Part shown: positions 10,666-20,007 of the stretch, piece by piece
Layout of the letters: each line of letters starts with the position of its first letter
Numbering within the stretch: the stretch's first letter is position 1
From: an uncultured Aliarcobacter sp.
GTDB taxonomy: Bacteria; Campylobacterota; Campylobacteria; Campylobacterales; Arcobacteraceae
Direction of reading: 5' to 3'
Assembly (NCBI GenBank): GCA_963677435.1
Contig: OY781945.1
Coordinates: 192,001-256,000 of the forward strand
Length of the DNA stretch: 64,000 bases
The notes under the pieces: generated by a model
What the model was told of the DNA's origin: nothing
Databases searched by the model: none
Seen by the model: the letters and a program-made list of their open reading frames with translations, nothing else
Position numbers and translations under genes: made by a program

Positions 10666-12068
10666 TGAATTTTGAGAAATATTATATATTAGACACAAAT
10701 ATTTTACTTGAAGATGCTTCAAACATATATAAACTTTCTCAAGATGGAAAAAATCTAATAATTTTAGCAGAAACAGTTCTAGATGAAATTGATACAAAAA
10801 AGAGTGGATTTGATGAAATAAATTTTCAAGCAAGAGAATTTGCAAGAATCCTTGAAAATGCAATTATTGTTGAATCAATCAAAAAAGATTTATATAAAAT
10901 TATTAGATTAAAAATCAACGAAAAAAATACTTTTATTGATATTATTTCAAAAGAAGAGTATGAAGTTAATATTAAAAATGTATCATTAAATATTATAAAT
11001 GATAGAAAAATACTTGAAATTGCAAGTTTTGCTAACAGCTACTACAAAAAACAAGTAGAGTTTTTATCTTTAGACATTATGGCAAGAACAAGAGCTATAT
11101 CACTTGATATAAAAACTGATGCCTTAGTTGGAAAAGATAAAGATGCCTTTGATTTTGAATTTAGCAAAGAAATTACTATTAATTTTGAAGACTTAGAATT
11201 TATTGATAATCAACTAATTGAAAATTTTGATAAAGATCATAAACCGTACAACTTTTCTTATTGCTTCAAAGTTAAATCCTCAGATCAAGTAATATTAGCA
11301 AATATTCAAAATAAAAGAATAAAACTCTTAGATGAGAACGAAATAAGAGATCAAGTAATAACTCCATTAAATAAAGAACAACTTTTCTTCAGTGATGCAA
11401 TTTTAAGCCACCTATACAACGTTTTAATTGTAGAAGCTAAGGCTGGTTCAGGAAAAACACTTTTAGCCCTTAGTGGTGCCTTAAAACTTGTCAGACAAAA
11501 GTTCTTTCAAAAGATTATATATATAAGAAATTCAATTGAGTCACTTGATAAAGGAGAAGATGTTGGATATCTTCCAGGACTTGAAGAAAAATTCAAAATA
11601 TATAATCATCCTTTGATGGATAGCTTAGATTATATAATAAGAACTGAACACAAAAGAAAAAGAAACAAAAAGAATCCAGACCTTGTGGTATCAGAACTTG
11701 ATGATAGTGAAGTAACAGCTAGAATTGAGCAAATGATAAGTAATTATGGAATTGAAACAATGTGGGTAGGGGAAATGAGAGGAAGAACTCTTTCAAATGC
11801 TTTTATTATAATTGATGAAGCACAAAATATGTCTAACAAAACTATGCAAATGGTATTATCAAGAATTGACAGCAGTTGTAAAGTTGTAGTTCTTGGATCT
11901 AATAAACAAATAGATAACTTCTATGTTAATAAATATACTAATGCACTAACTACACTTTTAAAATCAACTAAAAATGAAAATACACTTGTAAACACATATG
12001 CAATTAAATTACAAAAAGTTTTAAGAGGTCCGATAACAGAGTGGGCTGAAGAAATATTCTCAAAATAA
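10665..12068 (+). CDS. PIN-domain + PhoH ATPase (PhoH2-type) protein
   Basis: N-terminal ILDTNILL (PIN), AKAGSGKT, GYLPG, MRGRTL, IDEAQN. Confidence 0.9.
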   Translation: MNFEKYYILDTNILLEDASNIYKLSQDGKNLIILAETVLDEIDTKKSGFDEINFQAREFARILENAIIVESIKKDLYKIIRLKINEKNTFIDIISKEEYEVNIKNVSLNIINDRKILEIASFANSYYKKQVEFLSLDIMARTRAISLDIKTDALVGKDKDAFDFEFSKEITINFEDLEFIDNQLIENFDKDHKPYNFSYCFKVKSSDQVILANIQNKRIKLLDENEIRDQVITPLNKEQLFFSDAILSHLYNVLIVEAKAGSGKTLLALSGALKLVRQKFFQKIIYIRNSIESLDKGEDVGYLPGLEEKFKIYNHPLMDSLDYIIRTEHKRKRNKKNPDLVVSELDDSEVTARIEQMISNYGIETMWVGEMRGRTLSNAFIIIDEAQNMSNKTMQMVLSRIDSSCKVVVLGSNKQIDNFYVNKYTNALTTLLKSTKNENTLVNTYAIKLQKVLRGPITEWAEEIFSK

Positions 12069-12094
12069 TATCCATAAATAAATTTTATGGATAT
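12068..12094 (+). terminator. Inverted repeat / probable terminator after the rsmA-to-PhoH gene run
   Basis: ATATCCATAAA-N5-TTTATGGATAT directly after the stop codon. Confidence 0.55.
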
Positions 12095-12362
12095 AAAATA
12101 AATCTATTATAACTCTTTTTTTAAATCATAATATAAATCATTTTCACTTATATAAAATTTTATTATATATAATTTACTCTAGTTTAAATCTTACATATTA
12201 TATTTAAATTAAAAATGTATTTTAATATAATAAAACTCAAATCAGAAGCCTAAAATTGGTATTATTTTAGAGATATGCTCTAGAAAAAATTTATGCTAAT
12301 AAAAATATTCAATAATTCTATTATGTGTTATAATACATATTATAATACATAAAGGAATATAT

Positions 12363-12749
12363 ATGGGATTGTTACAATATACTTCAAATGAAATGTTTTC
12401 TTCAACAGAACTTGTAAGAAAAAGCAAAAAAATTTTTGATAAATTGAATAAAGAAGAAATTGAAAAAGCAATAATTTTAAGGGATGGTAAACCTGGAATT
12501 ATACTTCTTGATTTCAATTTTTATGAAAAAATAATGACAGAATATCTAACTTTAAAACAACAAACAAATAAAGCAAACGGTTCTATAAAAGCAGCAACTG
12601 TAAAACAAAAAGCTGAAATTAATAAGGAAATAGACTTAGATAATAATTCAATTATCATAAAAGAAAATGAAATAGATAATCTTGAATTTTCATTTAATTC
12701 AGATTTAACAAAAGATAAAGAAGAACCACTAAAAGAATTTTGGGATTAA
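12363..12749 (+). CDS. Hypothetical protein with Phd/YefM-like N-terminal domain
   Basis: AAGGA RBS. FSSTELVRKSKKIFDKL...IILRDGKP..ILLDFNFYE resembles the Phd DNA-binding fold; acidic C-terminal tail. Confidence 0.55.
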   Translation: MGLLQYTSNEMFSSTELVRKSKKIFDKLNKEEIEKAIILRDGKPGIILLDFNFYEKIMTEYLTLKQQTNKANGSIKAATVKQKAEINKEIDLDNNSIIIKENEIDNLEFSFNSDLTKDKEEPLKEFWD

Positions 12750-12751
12750 CT

Positions 12752-14353
12752 ATGATTGATGTTCTTATAATTGGTTCAGGTATAGCTGGATTAACAGCAG
12801 CAATAAATGCATCTCAAAATAACTCAAATGTTTTAGTATTATCTAAAACATTTCCAACACATTCACAAAGTGCACAAGCACAGGGTGGAATAAATGCTGT
12901 TTTATATGAAGGAAATGACAACATTAACAATCACATAGAAGATACATATAAAGCATCATGCAATCTAGCAAATAAAGAAAATATAAGTATAATGTGTGAA
13001 AATGCTAAAGATTCAATTTTATGGCTAGATAAAATTGGAGTGCCATTTAATAGAACTAATGATAATAAAATTGCACAAAGAAAATTTGGTGGAACATCAA
13101 AAATTAGAACATGTTATTCAAGTGATTATACTGGTTTAAAAATCTTACATACTCTTTATGATAAAGCAATAGATCTAAATATTAAAATTGAAAGTGAACA
13201 TTTACTGTTAAATCTAATCATAAAAGAGCAACTATGTATTGGAGTAACTGCACTTGATATAAATAGCGGAATTGTTAAAGAATATTATTCTAAAACAGTA
13301 TTATTAGCAACAGGTGGATATGCAGGCATTTATTCAAAACATACTACAAATTCATATTCAAATACAGGAGATGGCATTGCAGTTGCATTTAATGCTGGAG
13401 TTGAATTGTCAAATATGGAATTTGTTCAATTTCACCCAACAACTTTAGAAAACTCAAATATTCTAATAAGTGAAAGTGCTAGAGGAGAGGGTGGACTTTT
13501 ACTAGATAAAGATGAAAATAGATTTATTGATGAACTAAAACCAAGAGATGAAGTTGCTCGTGCAATCTATGAACGAATTTTGAATAATGAAAAAGTATAT
13601 TTAGATCTAAGACATTTTGGACTTGATAAGATAAAAGAATTAATCCCTCAAGAAAGAAACTTAGCTTTAGAGTATTCAAATATTAAAATAGAAAATGAGC
13701 TATTACCTATTACACCAGCAGCTCATTACAGTATGGGTGGAATAAAAACTGATATAGAAGGAAAAACAAATATAAAGAATCTTTATGCCTGTGGTGAATG
13801 TGCACAATCATTTATTCATGGTGCAAATAGATTAGGTGGAAATTCTTTATTAGAAATTGTTACTTATGGTAAGATTGTAGGATTAAGTGCATCTAATGAT
13901 TCAAAAGAAGTCACCACTATTGAAAATATATCAAATCAATTATCTTTAGATAAAGAGTTTGTAGATAATCTTTATAAAAATCAAAATGAAATAAATTTTT
14001 ATTCAAAAAAAGAAGAAATAAGTGCTTTACTTTTTGAAAAATTAGGTTTATTTAGAAATGAATCTGATATGTCAATTTTATTAGAAAAATTAAAAGATAT
14101 AGAATCAAATATCCCAAATATGGGAATAGGGGATAAATCAAAAATCTATAATAAAAACTTAGTTGAATTTATTGAATTTATAAATATAGTAAAAGTTTCA
14201 ATACTTACAGCATTATGTGCAAAAGAAAGATTAGAAAGTAGAGGGAGTCATTATAGATTGGACTATCCAATCAAAAATGATTCATATGAAAAAACATCTT
14301 TGATTAGAAAAGTAGGGGATAAAATCAAAATTGAGTTTGAGGAAATATTATGA
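12752..14353 (+). CDS. Succinate dehydrogenase / fumarate reductase-type flavoprotein subunit
   Basis: GSGIAG, AQGG, QFHPT, SESARGEGG, HYSMGG, HGANRLGGNSL, ESRGSHYR. ATG 12752 is preferred over TTG 12740. Confidence 0.88.
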   Translation: MIDVLIIGSGIAGLTAAINASQNNSNVLVLSKTFPTHSQSAQAQGGINAVLYEGNDNINNHIEDTYKASCNLANKENISIMCENAKDSILWLDKIGVPFNRTNDNKIAQRKFGGTSKIRTCYSSDYTGLKILHTLYDKAIDLNIKIESEHLLLNLIIKEQLCIGVTALDINSGIVKEYYSKTVLLATGGYAGIYSKHTTNSYSNTGDGIAVAFNAGVELSNMEFVQFHPTTLENSNILISESARGEGGLLLDKDENRFIDELKPRDEVARAIYERILNNEKVYLDLRHFGLDKIKELIPQERNLALEYSNIKIENELLPITPAAHYSMGGIKTDIEGKTNIKNLYACGECAQSFIHGANRLGGNSLLEIVTYGKIVGLSASNDSKEVTTIENISNQLSLDKEFVDNLYKNQNEINFYSKKEEISALLFEKLGLFRNESDMSILLEKLKDIESNIPNMGIGDKSKIYNKNLVEFIEFINIVKVSILTALCAKERLESRGSHYRLDYPIKNDSYEKTSLIRKVGDKIKIEFEEIL

Positions 14354-15087
14354 AAATTTCTATTAAAAGATTTAACAGTGAAATTCTTGAGCCAAATTAT
14401 ATATCTGAATATGAAGTTAATAACACTAATTTACTTCAAGCTCTAACTGAAATCAAAACTAAAGAAGATAATAGTTTAACATTTAGATGTGGTTGTAAAA
14501 GTGGTGTGTGTGGTTCTTGTGCAATTAGAGTTAATGGAATTGAGAAACTTGCATGTAAAACATTTATAAAAGAAAATGATTTTATTGAGCCAATTAAAAA
14601 TTCAAATATAATAAAGGATTTGATAGTAAATGTTTCACATGAAACAATTTTGATAAAGAAAACAAAAATTTCACTAGATGAAAATGAAGATTTAAGAGAA
14701 ATATCTCAAGAAGATATAAAGAAAATTGATTTACAAAGTAATTGTATTCTTTGTAATTCATGTTATAGCTCTTGCCCTGTTTACGATGCAAATAAAAACT
14801 TCCTAGGGCCTTTTGCACTAACAAGAGCATTGAGATACCTAAATGATAAAAAACTCTTAAATAAAGCAACTATACTTGATTCAATTCAATCAAGTGGAAT
14901 ATGGGATTGTACCTTATGTAGTGCATGCACATTAGTTTGTCCACAAAGTATAGATCCAAAAGCAGATATTATGCAATTACAAAATATATCAGTTCAAAAT
15001 GGATATACAAATCCATATGCGAAAAGTTTTGATTTTAATGAAAGTTTTGGGGATGATTTTGGTGGGTTTAATCCAAATGGATTTTAA
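14350..15087 (+). CDS. Succinate dehydrogenase / fumarate reductase-type Fe-S subunit
   Basis: CKSGVCGSC...LAC (2Fe-2S), CILCNSCYSSCP, CTLCSACTLVCP. Confidence 0.9.
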   Translation: MKISIKRFNSEILEPNYISEYEVNNTNLLQALTEIKTKEDNSLTFRCGCKSGVCGSCAIRVNGIEKLACKTFIKENDFIEPIKNSNIIKDLIVNVSHETILIKKTKISLDENEDLREISQEDIKKIDLQSNCILCNSCYSSCPVYDANKNFLGPFALTRALRYLNDKKLLNKATILDSIQSSGIWDCTLCSACTLVCPQSIDPKADIMQLQNISVQNGYTNPYAKSFDFNESFGDDFGGFNPNGF

Positions 15088-15113
15088 ATAGAGAGGAACT
15101 TCTCTCTATTTAA
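15084..15113. terminator. Bidirectional intrinsic terminator
   Basis: TTAAATAGAGAG-N6-CTCTCTATTTAA between convergent genes. Confidence 0.75.
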
Positions 15114-15117
15114 TGAA

Positions 15118-16182
15118 TTATAAGTTATCTTTTAAATATAAATAATCAGACATTTTTGTCCACTCTCTTACTTTTTTCATATAAGCATCTTGTGAATCTA
15201 AAATCTCTTTTAATAAAGGGTTTTCTGCTGACATTTCAGTTCTTAACTCTTGATTAGCTTTTTTCATAGCATCCATAATATCTTTTGAAAAAGTTTTTAC
15301 TTGAATATTAGGATACTCAGCTTTCATCTCTTGCCAAGCATTTGCATTCATATCATAATTATGAATATACATATCATATGCACTTACTCTCATAGCAACA
15401 ACTAATATTTGTTGTAAATCAGCTGGTAATTTTTCAAATTTTTTAGTATTAATTAAATACTGCATTTCAGAAGCTGGTTCATGCCAACCTGTATAATAAT
15501 ATGGTGCAATTTTATGAAATCCCATTGAAATATCCATAGAAGGGCCAACCCATTCTAAAGCATCAAGGTTATTTGTTTCTAATGAAGTAAAAAGTTCACC
15601 TGCTGGTACATTCGTAACTTGAACACCAAGTTTTGCCATAATTTCTCCAGCAAAGCCAGGTATTCTCATTTTTAGACCTTTTAAATCATCAAGAGTTTTA
15701 ATCTCTTTTTTAAACCATCCACCCATTTGAACACCAGTGCTTCCACCAGGAAATGATAGAACACCATGTTTATCATAAACTTTTTTCATAAGTTCCATTC
15801 CACCACCATGATAAAACCAAGCGTATTGTTCAGGTGATGTTAAACCAAAAGGCATAGAAGTAAAAGGTAAAGTATTTATATCCTTTCCTTTCCAATAATA
15901 TGATGCAGTGTGAGCCATATCATATTGTCCACCTTTAACCATATCAAAAACACCTAAAGGTGCTTTATGTTTATTAGCAGAATCAACTCTAATGATTAAT
16001 CTGCCATCAGACATTTCTTCTGCTAGTTTAGCCATACTTTTTGCAGTATCAATTAAAGGAGAAGCTGTCTCTCCCCAAGTTGTAGCCATTGATAATTTAT
16101 ATACTTTGTCATTTGCACTTAAAACTAAAGATGTAGCAAATAAAGTTAATAAAATACAAAGTTTTTTGATTGTTTTTTTCAT
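15118..16182 (-). CDS. Orphan TRAP substrate-binding protein (TakP/DctP family)
   Basis: Signal peptide, QMGGWF, KGLKMRIPG, DALEWVGP, YYTGWHEP; close paralog of 32418..33485. Confidence 0.92.
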   Translation of the reverse strand: MKKTIKKLCILLTLFATSLVLSANDKVYKLSMATTWGETASPLIDTAKSMAKLAEEMSDGRLIIRVDSANKHKAPLGVFDMVKGGQYDMAHTASYYWKGKDINTLPFTSMPFGLTSPEQYAWFYHGGGMELMKKVYDKHGVLSFPGGSTGVQMGGWFKKEIKTLDDLKGLKMRIPGFAGEIMAKLGVQVTNVPAGELFTSLETNNLDALEWVGPSMDISMGFHKIAPYYYTGWHEPASEMQYLINTKKFEKLPADLQQILVVAMRVSAYDMYIHNYDMNANAWQEMKAEYPNIQVKTFSKDIMDAMKKANQELRTEMSAENPLLKEILDSQDAYMKKVREWTKMSDYLYLKDNL

Positions 16183-16233
16183 AATTTCTCCTAAAAATTG
16201 AAGAATTATATATTTAAGAAAATATTAAAAGGC

Positions 16234-16854
16234 TTAAGTAAAAAGGCAATCTTTTAAATTCTTTTTATTATTCCATTTAAGTTTTTTGAGTTCTGGTTCA
16301 TCATAAAATTCTTTTGTATAACCAAAACATAAATAAGCAATAAACTTGTATTCATTTTTGTCAATATCAAATATTTTGTTTATTTTTTTTGCTTTTAGAA
16401 TTGAAACCCAACCCATACCAATATTTAAAGCTCGTGCAGTAAGCCACATATTTAAAATTGCACATACAACAGAATATTCACCAGTTCTTTTCATATAAGT
16501 TTGACCTAAAACATTCTCTTTACTTTTTTTATAATAAACAGCTATGTTAATATCAGATTCTTTAATTCCTTCAAGTTTTAAACTATTATATAAAGGTTTA
16601 TCAATAAAATTCTTTTTACTTTTTTCAAATGATTTAGAGAAATGCTTATATACAAGTTCTTGCTTCTCTTTATTTACAATAAGAAATTTCCATGGTTGAG
16701 AGTATCCTACAGATGGGGCATTTAAAGCAGATTGCAAAATTATATCAAGCTTTTTGCTTGATATCTTTTTATTTATGAAGTTATTACCTCTTACATCTCT
16801 TCTTAAAGTGATAATTTTTGTAAGAGTATTTAAATCTTTTTTATTAAATTTCAT
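16234..16854 (-). CDS. bluB: 5,6-dimethylbenzimidazole synthase (nitroreductase fold)
   Basis: RRDVR, APSVGYSQPW, LKLEGIKE, VCAILNMWLTARA..GMGWVS. Confidence 0.9.
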   Translation of the reverse strand: MKFNKKDLNTLTKIITLRRDVRGNNFINKKISSKKLDIILQSALNAPSVGYSQPWKFLIVNKEKQELVYKHFSKSFEKSKKNFIDKPLYNSLKLEGIKESDINIAVYYKKSKENVLGQTYMKRTGEYSVVCAILNMWLTARALNIGMGWVSILKAKKINKIFDIDKNEYKFIAYLCFGYTKEFYDEPELKKLKWNNKKNLKDCLFT

Positions 16855-17156
16855 TAGATAGAAAAATCATGTAGATCTTTGAATAAGAATGCTTCAACAA
16901 TCTCATCAATACTTTTTTGACTAGGAGCAATTAAAGCAATTATTCCCTCATCCATAAATGGCCAAACATATTCTAATTCATTTATTACAACAACAGCATC
17001 AATCCAAACTGTTATATCTTCTCTTCTGTCAAAAAATTCAACATTAGAGATTTTACCTTCATCTAAAGTTACAAATGCCCATGCTTTATTTTCTTCAATA
17101 GATGAAATTATACATTCATGTCTATTTTTTGAATCTACTGGTATTAAAATTGTCAT
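16854..17156 (-). CDS. Hypothetical protein, possible NifB/NifX (MTH1175)-like fold
   Basis: 100 aa with ILIPVD start, beta-rich middle and SIDEIVEAFL C-terminal helix. Confidence 0.45.
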   Translation of the reverse strand: MTILIPVDSKNRHECIISSIEENKAWAFVTLDEGKISNVEFFDRREDITVWIDAVVVINELEYVWPFMDEGIIALIAPSQKSIDEIVEAFLFKDLHDFSI

Positions 17157-17214
17157 ATAAGTCTCTTTTCAAATGTTTTATTAAGTATATATTGTGATTT
17201 TACTATCTTTTATC

Positions 17215-19005
17215 TTAAGATAAATATTCTTTTTTAAACCACAATGAAAACACAAATAGTGAATATAAATGTTGTTTAAATTTATTTGATTTACTCAGCT
17301 CATAAATATGTAAAATATACTCATGATTAAATAAATTAGTCTCATTATTTACTTCAACAATAACATCAAGTATTTTATCTTTATATTCTTTATTTAACCA
17401 CTCATTAAAAGGTGAATTAAATCCTTTTTTTGTTCTATTGATTATAGTTTCAGGGATATATTTAGAAGCTATTTTCTTTAACAAATATTTATTTGTATCT
17501 CCAACTTTTATATTTGAATCAACACTAAACATATAATTTACTAAATTAAAATCTAAAAATGGAGTTCTCACTTCCAATGAATTTCCCATTGAAATTCTAT
17601 CAACTTTTGATAAAAGTGATTCTCCAAGCCAAATTTTTAAGTCTATATAACTCATCCAATCAACTGGATCTTGTTTTGCAGTTTCAGCTTTAAAACTTGG
17701 AACTTTTTTAAACAATCTTTTTCTTTGAATATCTGTATATATTTCACCAAAAGAGTTATAAAGATTTTGTTTTTTTACTATTCTTCTTAAGTATTCACTC
17801 TCTTTAGTATTGTTTTGTAAAGCACCAATAATGTCATTTAAAAACAGGTTTTGGTCTTTAGATAAACTTTTCTCAAATTCATAATATTTTAGAAATTTTG
17901 CATAGTTATCATAGCCTAAAAATATCTCATCACTTCCTTCACCTGATAATACAGTTTTTATTCCTGCTTTATGAATCTGTTTTGTTAAGATATTTAAAGG
18001 AATTGCTGCACTATCACCATGGGGCTCTTCAAGCATATCAAGTGTTTGTTCAAAATGCTTTATATACTCTTTTTGATTTATAATTACTGGATTATGGTTT
18101 GAACCAATATGATTAGCTGTTATTTGTGCATAATCCAACTCACAATAATTCTTATATTCATCATAACCAACACTAAAGGTATTTATCTTTTTTCCTGAGA
18201 TATTAGTGTAAAGTGCTGATATTAATGAACTATCAATTCCACCACTTAAAAGTGAAGCAACTTCCACATCACTGTTGAGTCTATATTCAATACTTTTGAA
18301 TAAAAGTTCTTCAATATCATTTAAAGCCTGTTTTTCGTCTTTTATTGCTTTATAGGTATTAATCTTATAATATTTCTTCTTTTGAAGCTCAGAGCTCTTA
18401 TTTGGCTCATAAATCATATATGTAGATGCTTCAAGTTTAAAAATTCCTTGATAGAAAGAATCTTCACCAAAAGAGACAAAATATTGCATATATTTAGACA
18501 GAGCAACTTTATTTAGATTTGGTTTATAATCAAGTAGATTTAATATTGATTTTATTGATGATGAAAAGATAAATTGATTATCTTTGAAATAGTAAAAAAA
18601 TGGTTTTTTACCATATCTATCCCTAGCACAAAAATATAACTCTTTTTTCATATCATAAATACAAAAAGAAAACATTCCATTTAATTTATTTAAAAAGTCA
18701 AATCCATACTTTTGATAGAGTCTAATTAAGACTTCACTATCACTTGATGTTTTACATTCTAAATGTTCCACGTGAATCAATTCTTTGTAATTATAAATTT
18801 CTCCATTAAAAACAAGTAAAATATCATCAAAAATCATAGGCTGATTTGCTTCTTCATTTAAATCAATAATTGCTAATCTTGTATGACCAAATTGCTTGTT
18901 ATCAATTTTAACTGATTTTTGAAAATCAGGACCTCTATGATTTAAAAGTTCTAAAGATTTATCAAACTTAACTGATAAAAAATTTGTTCCTATAATTCCA
19001 CACAT
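17215..19005 (-). CDS. asnB: Asparagine synthase (glutamine-hydrolysing)-family amidotransferase
   Basis: MCGI Ntn start, HRGPD, FNGEIYN, LSGGIDSS, SGEGSDE, EVRTPFLD, KKGF. Confidence 0.9.
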   Translation of the reverse strand: MCGIIGTNFLSVKFDKSLELLNHRGPDFQKSVKIDNKQFGHTRLAIIDLNEEANQPMIFDDILLVFNGEIYNYKELIHVEHLECKTSSDSEVLIRLYQKYGFDFLNKLNGMFSFCIYDMKKELYFCARDRYGKKPFFYYFKDNQFIFSSSIKSILNLLDYKPNLNKVALSKYMQYFVSFGEDSFYQGIFKLEASTYMIYEPNKSSELQKKKYYKINTYKAIKDEKQALNDIEELLFKSIEYRLNSDVEVASLLSGGIDSSLISALYTNISGKKINTFSVGYDEYKNYCELDYAQITANHIGSNHNPVIINQKEYIKHFEQTLDMLEEPHGDSAAIPLNILTKQIHKAGIKTVLSGEGSDEIFLGYDNYAKFLKYYEFEKSLSKDQNLFLNDIIGALQNNTKESEYLRRIVKKQNLYNSFGEIYTDIQRKRLFKKVPSFKAETAKQDPVDWMSYIDLKIWLGESLLSKVDRISMGNSLEVRTPFLDFNLVNYMFSVDSNIKVGDTNKYLLKKIASKYIPETIINRTKKGFNSPFNEWLNKEYKDKILDVIVEVNNETNLFNHEYILHIYELSKSNKFKQHLYSLFVFSLWFKKEYLS

Positions 19006-19011
19006 AAAAAA

Positions 19012-19926
19012 CTACTTCACGAAATATTCAATAATTTGAATATAAAAATATAAAAATGAAACAAATACAATGCTAGAAATTAAAATAGATGCAGCAACAT
19101 CATAAGGTTTACAATGATATAAAGCAGCAAGATTAACATTATTAACAGCAAGTGGAACCATTAATTCCATTATTAAAATTGAAGCAACATAAGAATTTAG
19201 ATTTGTAAAATTAACAATTATAAGAATACCAATAGCAGGTAGTAAAATATGCTTAACAAAACTTATGTGTAAAGCTGAATGCCAAGGTAAAACTTTTACC
19301 TTAACACTTGATAGATACATACCAAAGATAATTAGCTGAATAACCATTGAAGTATAAGCACCCATTTCAAGTGCAGTATAAACATGTTTGTTAATTCCTA
19401 GACCTTGCGAATTTATTAATAATGCTAATATTGCAAACCAAATACCAGGTATTTTCATTATAGAAATAATTGCTTGTTTTAATGAAAAGTTATCTCTAGC
19501 AAAAAAATAAACTGAAAAAATATAGATAAAAAAAACATTTGCAATATTAATTATGCTTGTATAAGGAACAGAATCTATACCAAAAAGTGCAATACCAAGA
19601 GGAATTCCTAAATTACCCGTATTTCCTACTAATGAAGTTGCTAAATATATTGATTGGTCTTGTCTTTGAGAAAAGATCTTTTTACTAAATAATAAAAGAA
19701 TTCCTAAAGAAACCAACATAATAATAAAATATAAAACTGGAGATGCTATAAATTCATAATCAATAGGTCTTTTGGTCAATCCCCAAAAAATAAGGATAGG
19801 CTGAAAGAAATAAAGAGAAAGTAAAACTAATGTTCTCTCATCAAGTTGATTAGTAAAAATCTTTTTTGCAGTAAAGCCTAATAAAATAAAGAAATAAACA
19901 GGTAAAACAGAGAAAATAGCTTCGAT
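19012..19926 (-). CDS. AEC (auxin efflux carrier)-family transporter, probable ATC start
   Basis: GNTGNLGIP motif and multiple TM segments. The frame stays open upstream of the track's TTG (19779) to a TAG at 19938-19936 and encodes IEAIFSVLPVYFFILLGF behind an AGGGA RBS. Confidence 0.85.
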   Translation of the reverse strand: MEAIFSVLPVYFFILLGFTAKKIFTNQLDERTLVLLSLYFFQPILIFWGLTKRPIDYEFIASPVLYFIIMLVSLGILLLFSKKIFSQRQDQSIYLATSLVGNTGNLGIPLGIALFGIDSVPYTSIINIANVFFIYIFSVYFFARDNFSLKQAIISIMKIPGIWFAILALLINSQGLGINKHVYTALEMGAYTSMVIQLIIFGMYLSSVKVKVLPWHSALHISFVKHILLPAIGILIIVNFTNLNSYVASILIMELMVPLAVNNVNLAALYHCKPYDVAASILISSIVFVSFLYFYIQIIEYFVK

Positions 19927-20007
19927 GATAAATCCCTAATAAAATTTTTAGAGATTTTATCATTAATGAGATAAATATTTACAAGAAATACATAAGTAAA
20001 AAATTAC

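Noticed and set aside
12095..12362. Very AT-rich spacer as a replication origin or sRNA
   Set aside because: No DnaA boxes or stable structure are evident; it is consistent with an ordinary promoter region.
16855..17214. Cobalamin riboswitch near bluB
   Set aside because: The region is coding apart from a 58-bp spacer, leaving no room for the element.
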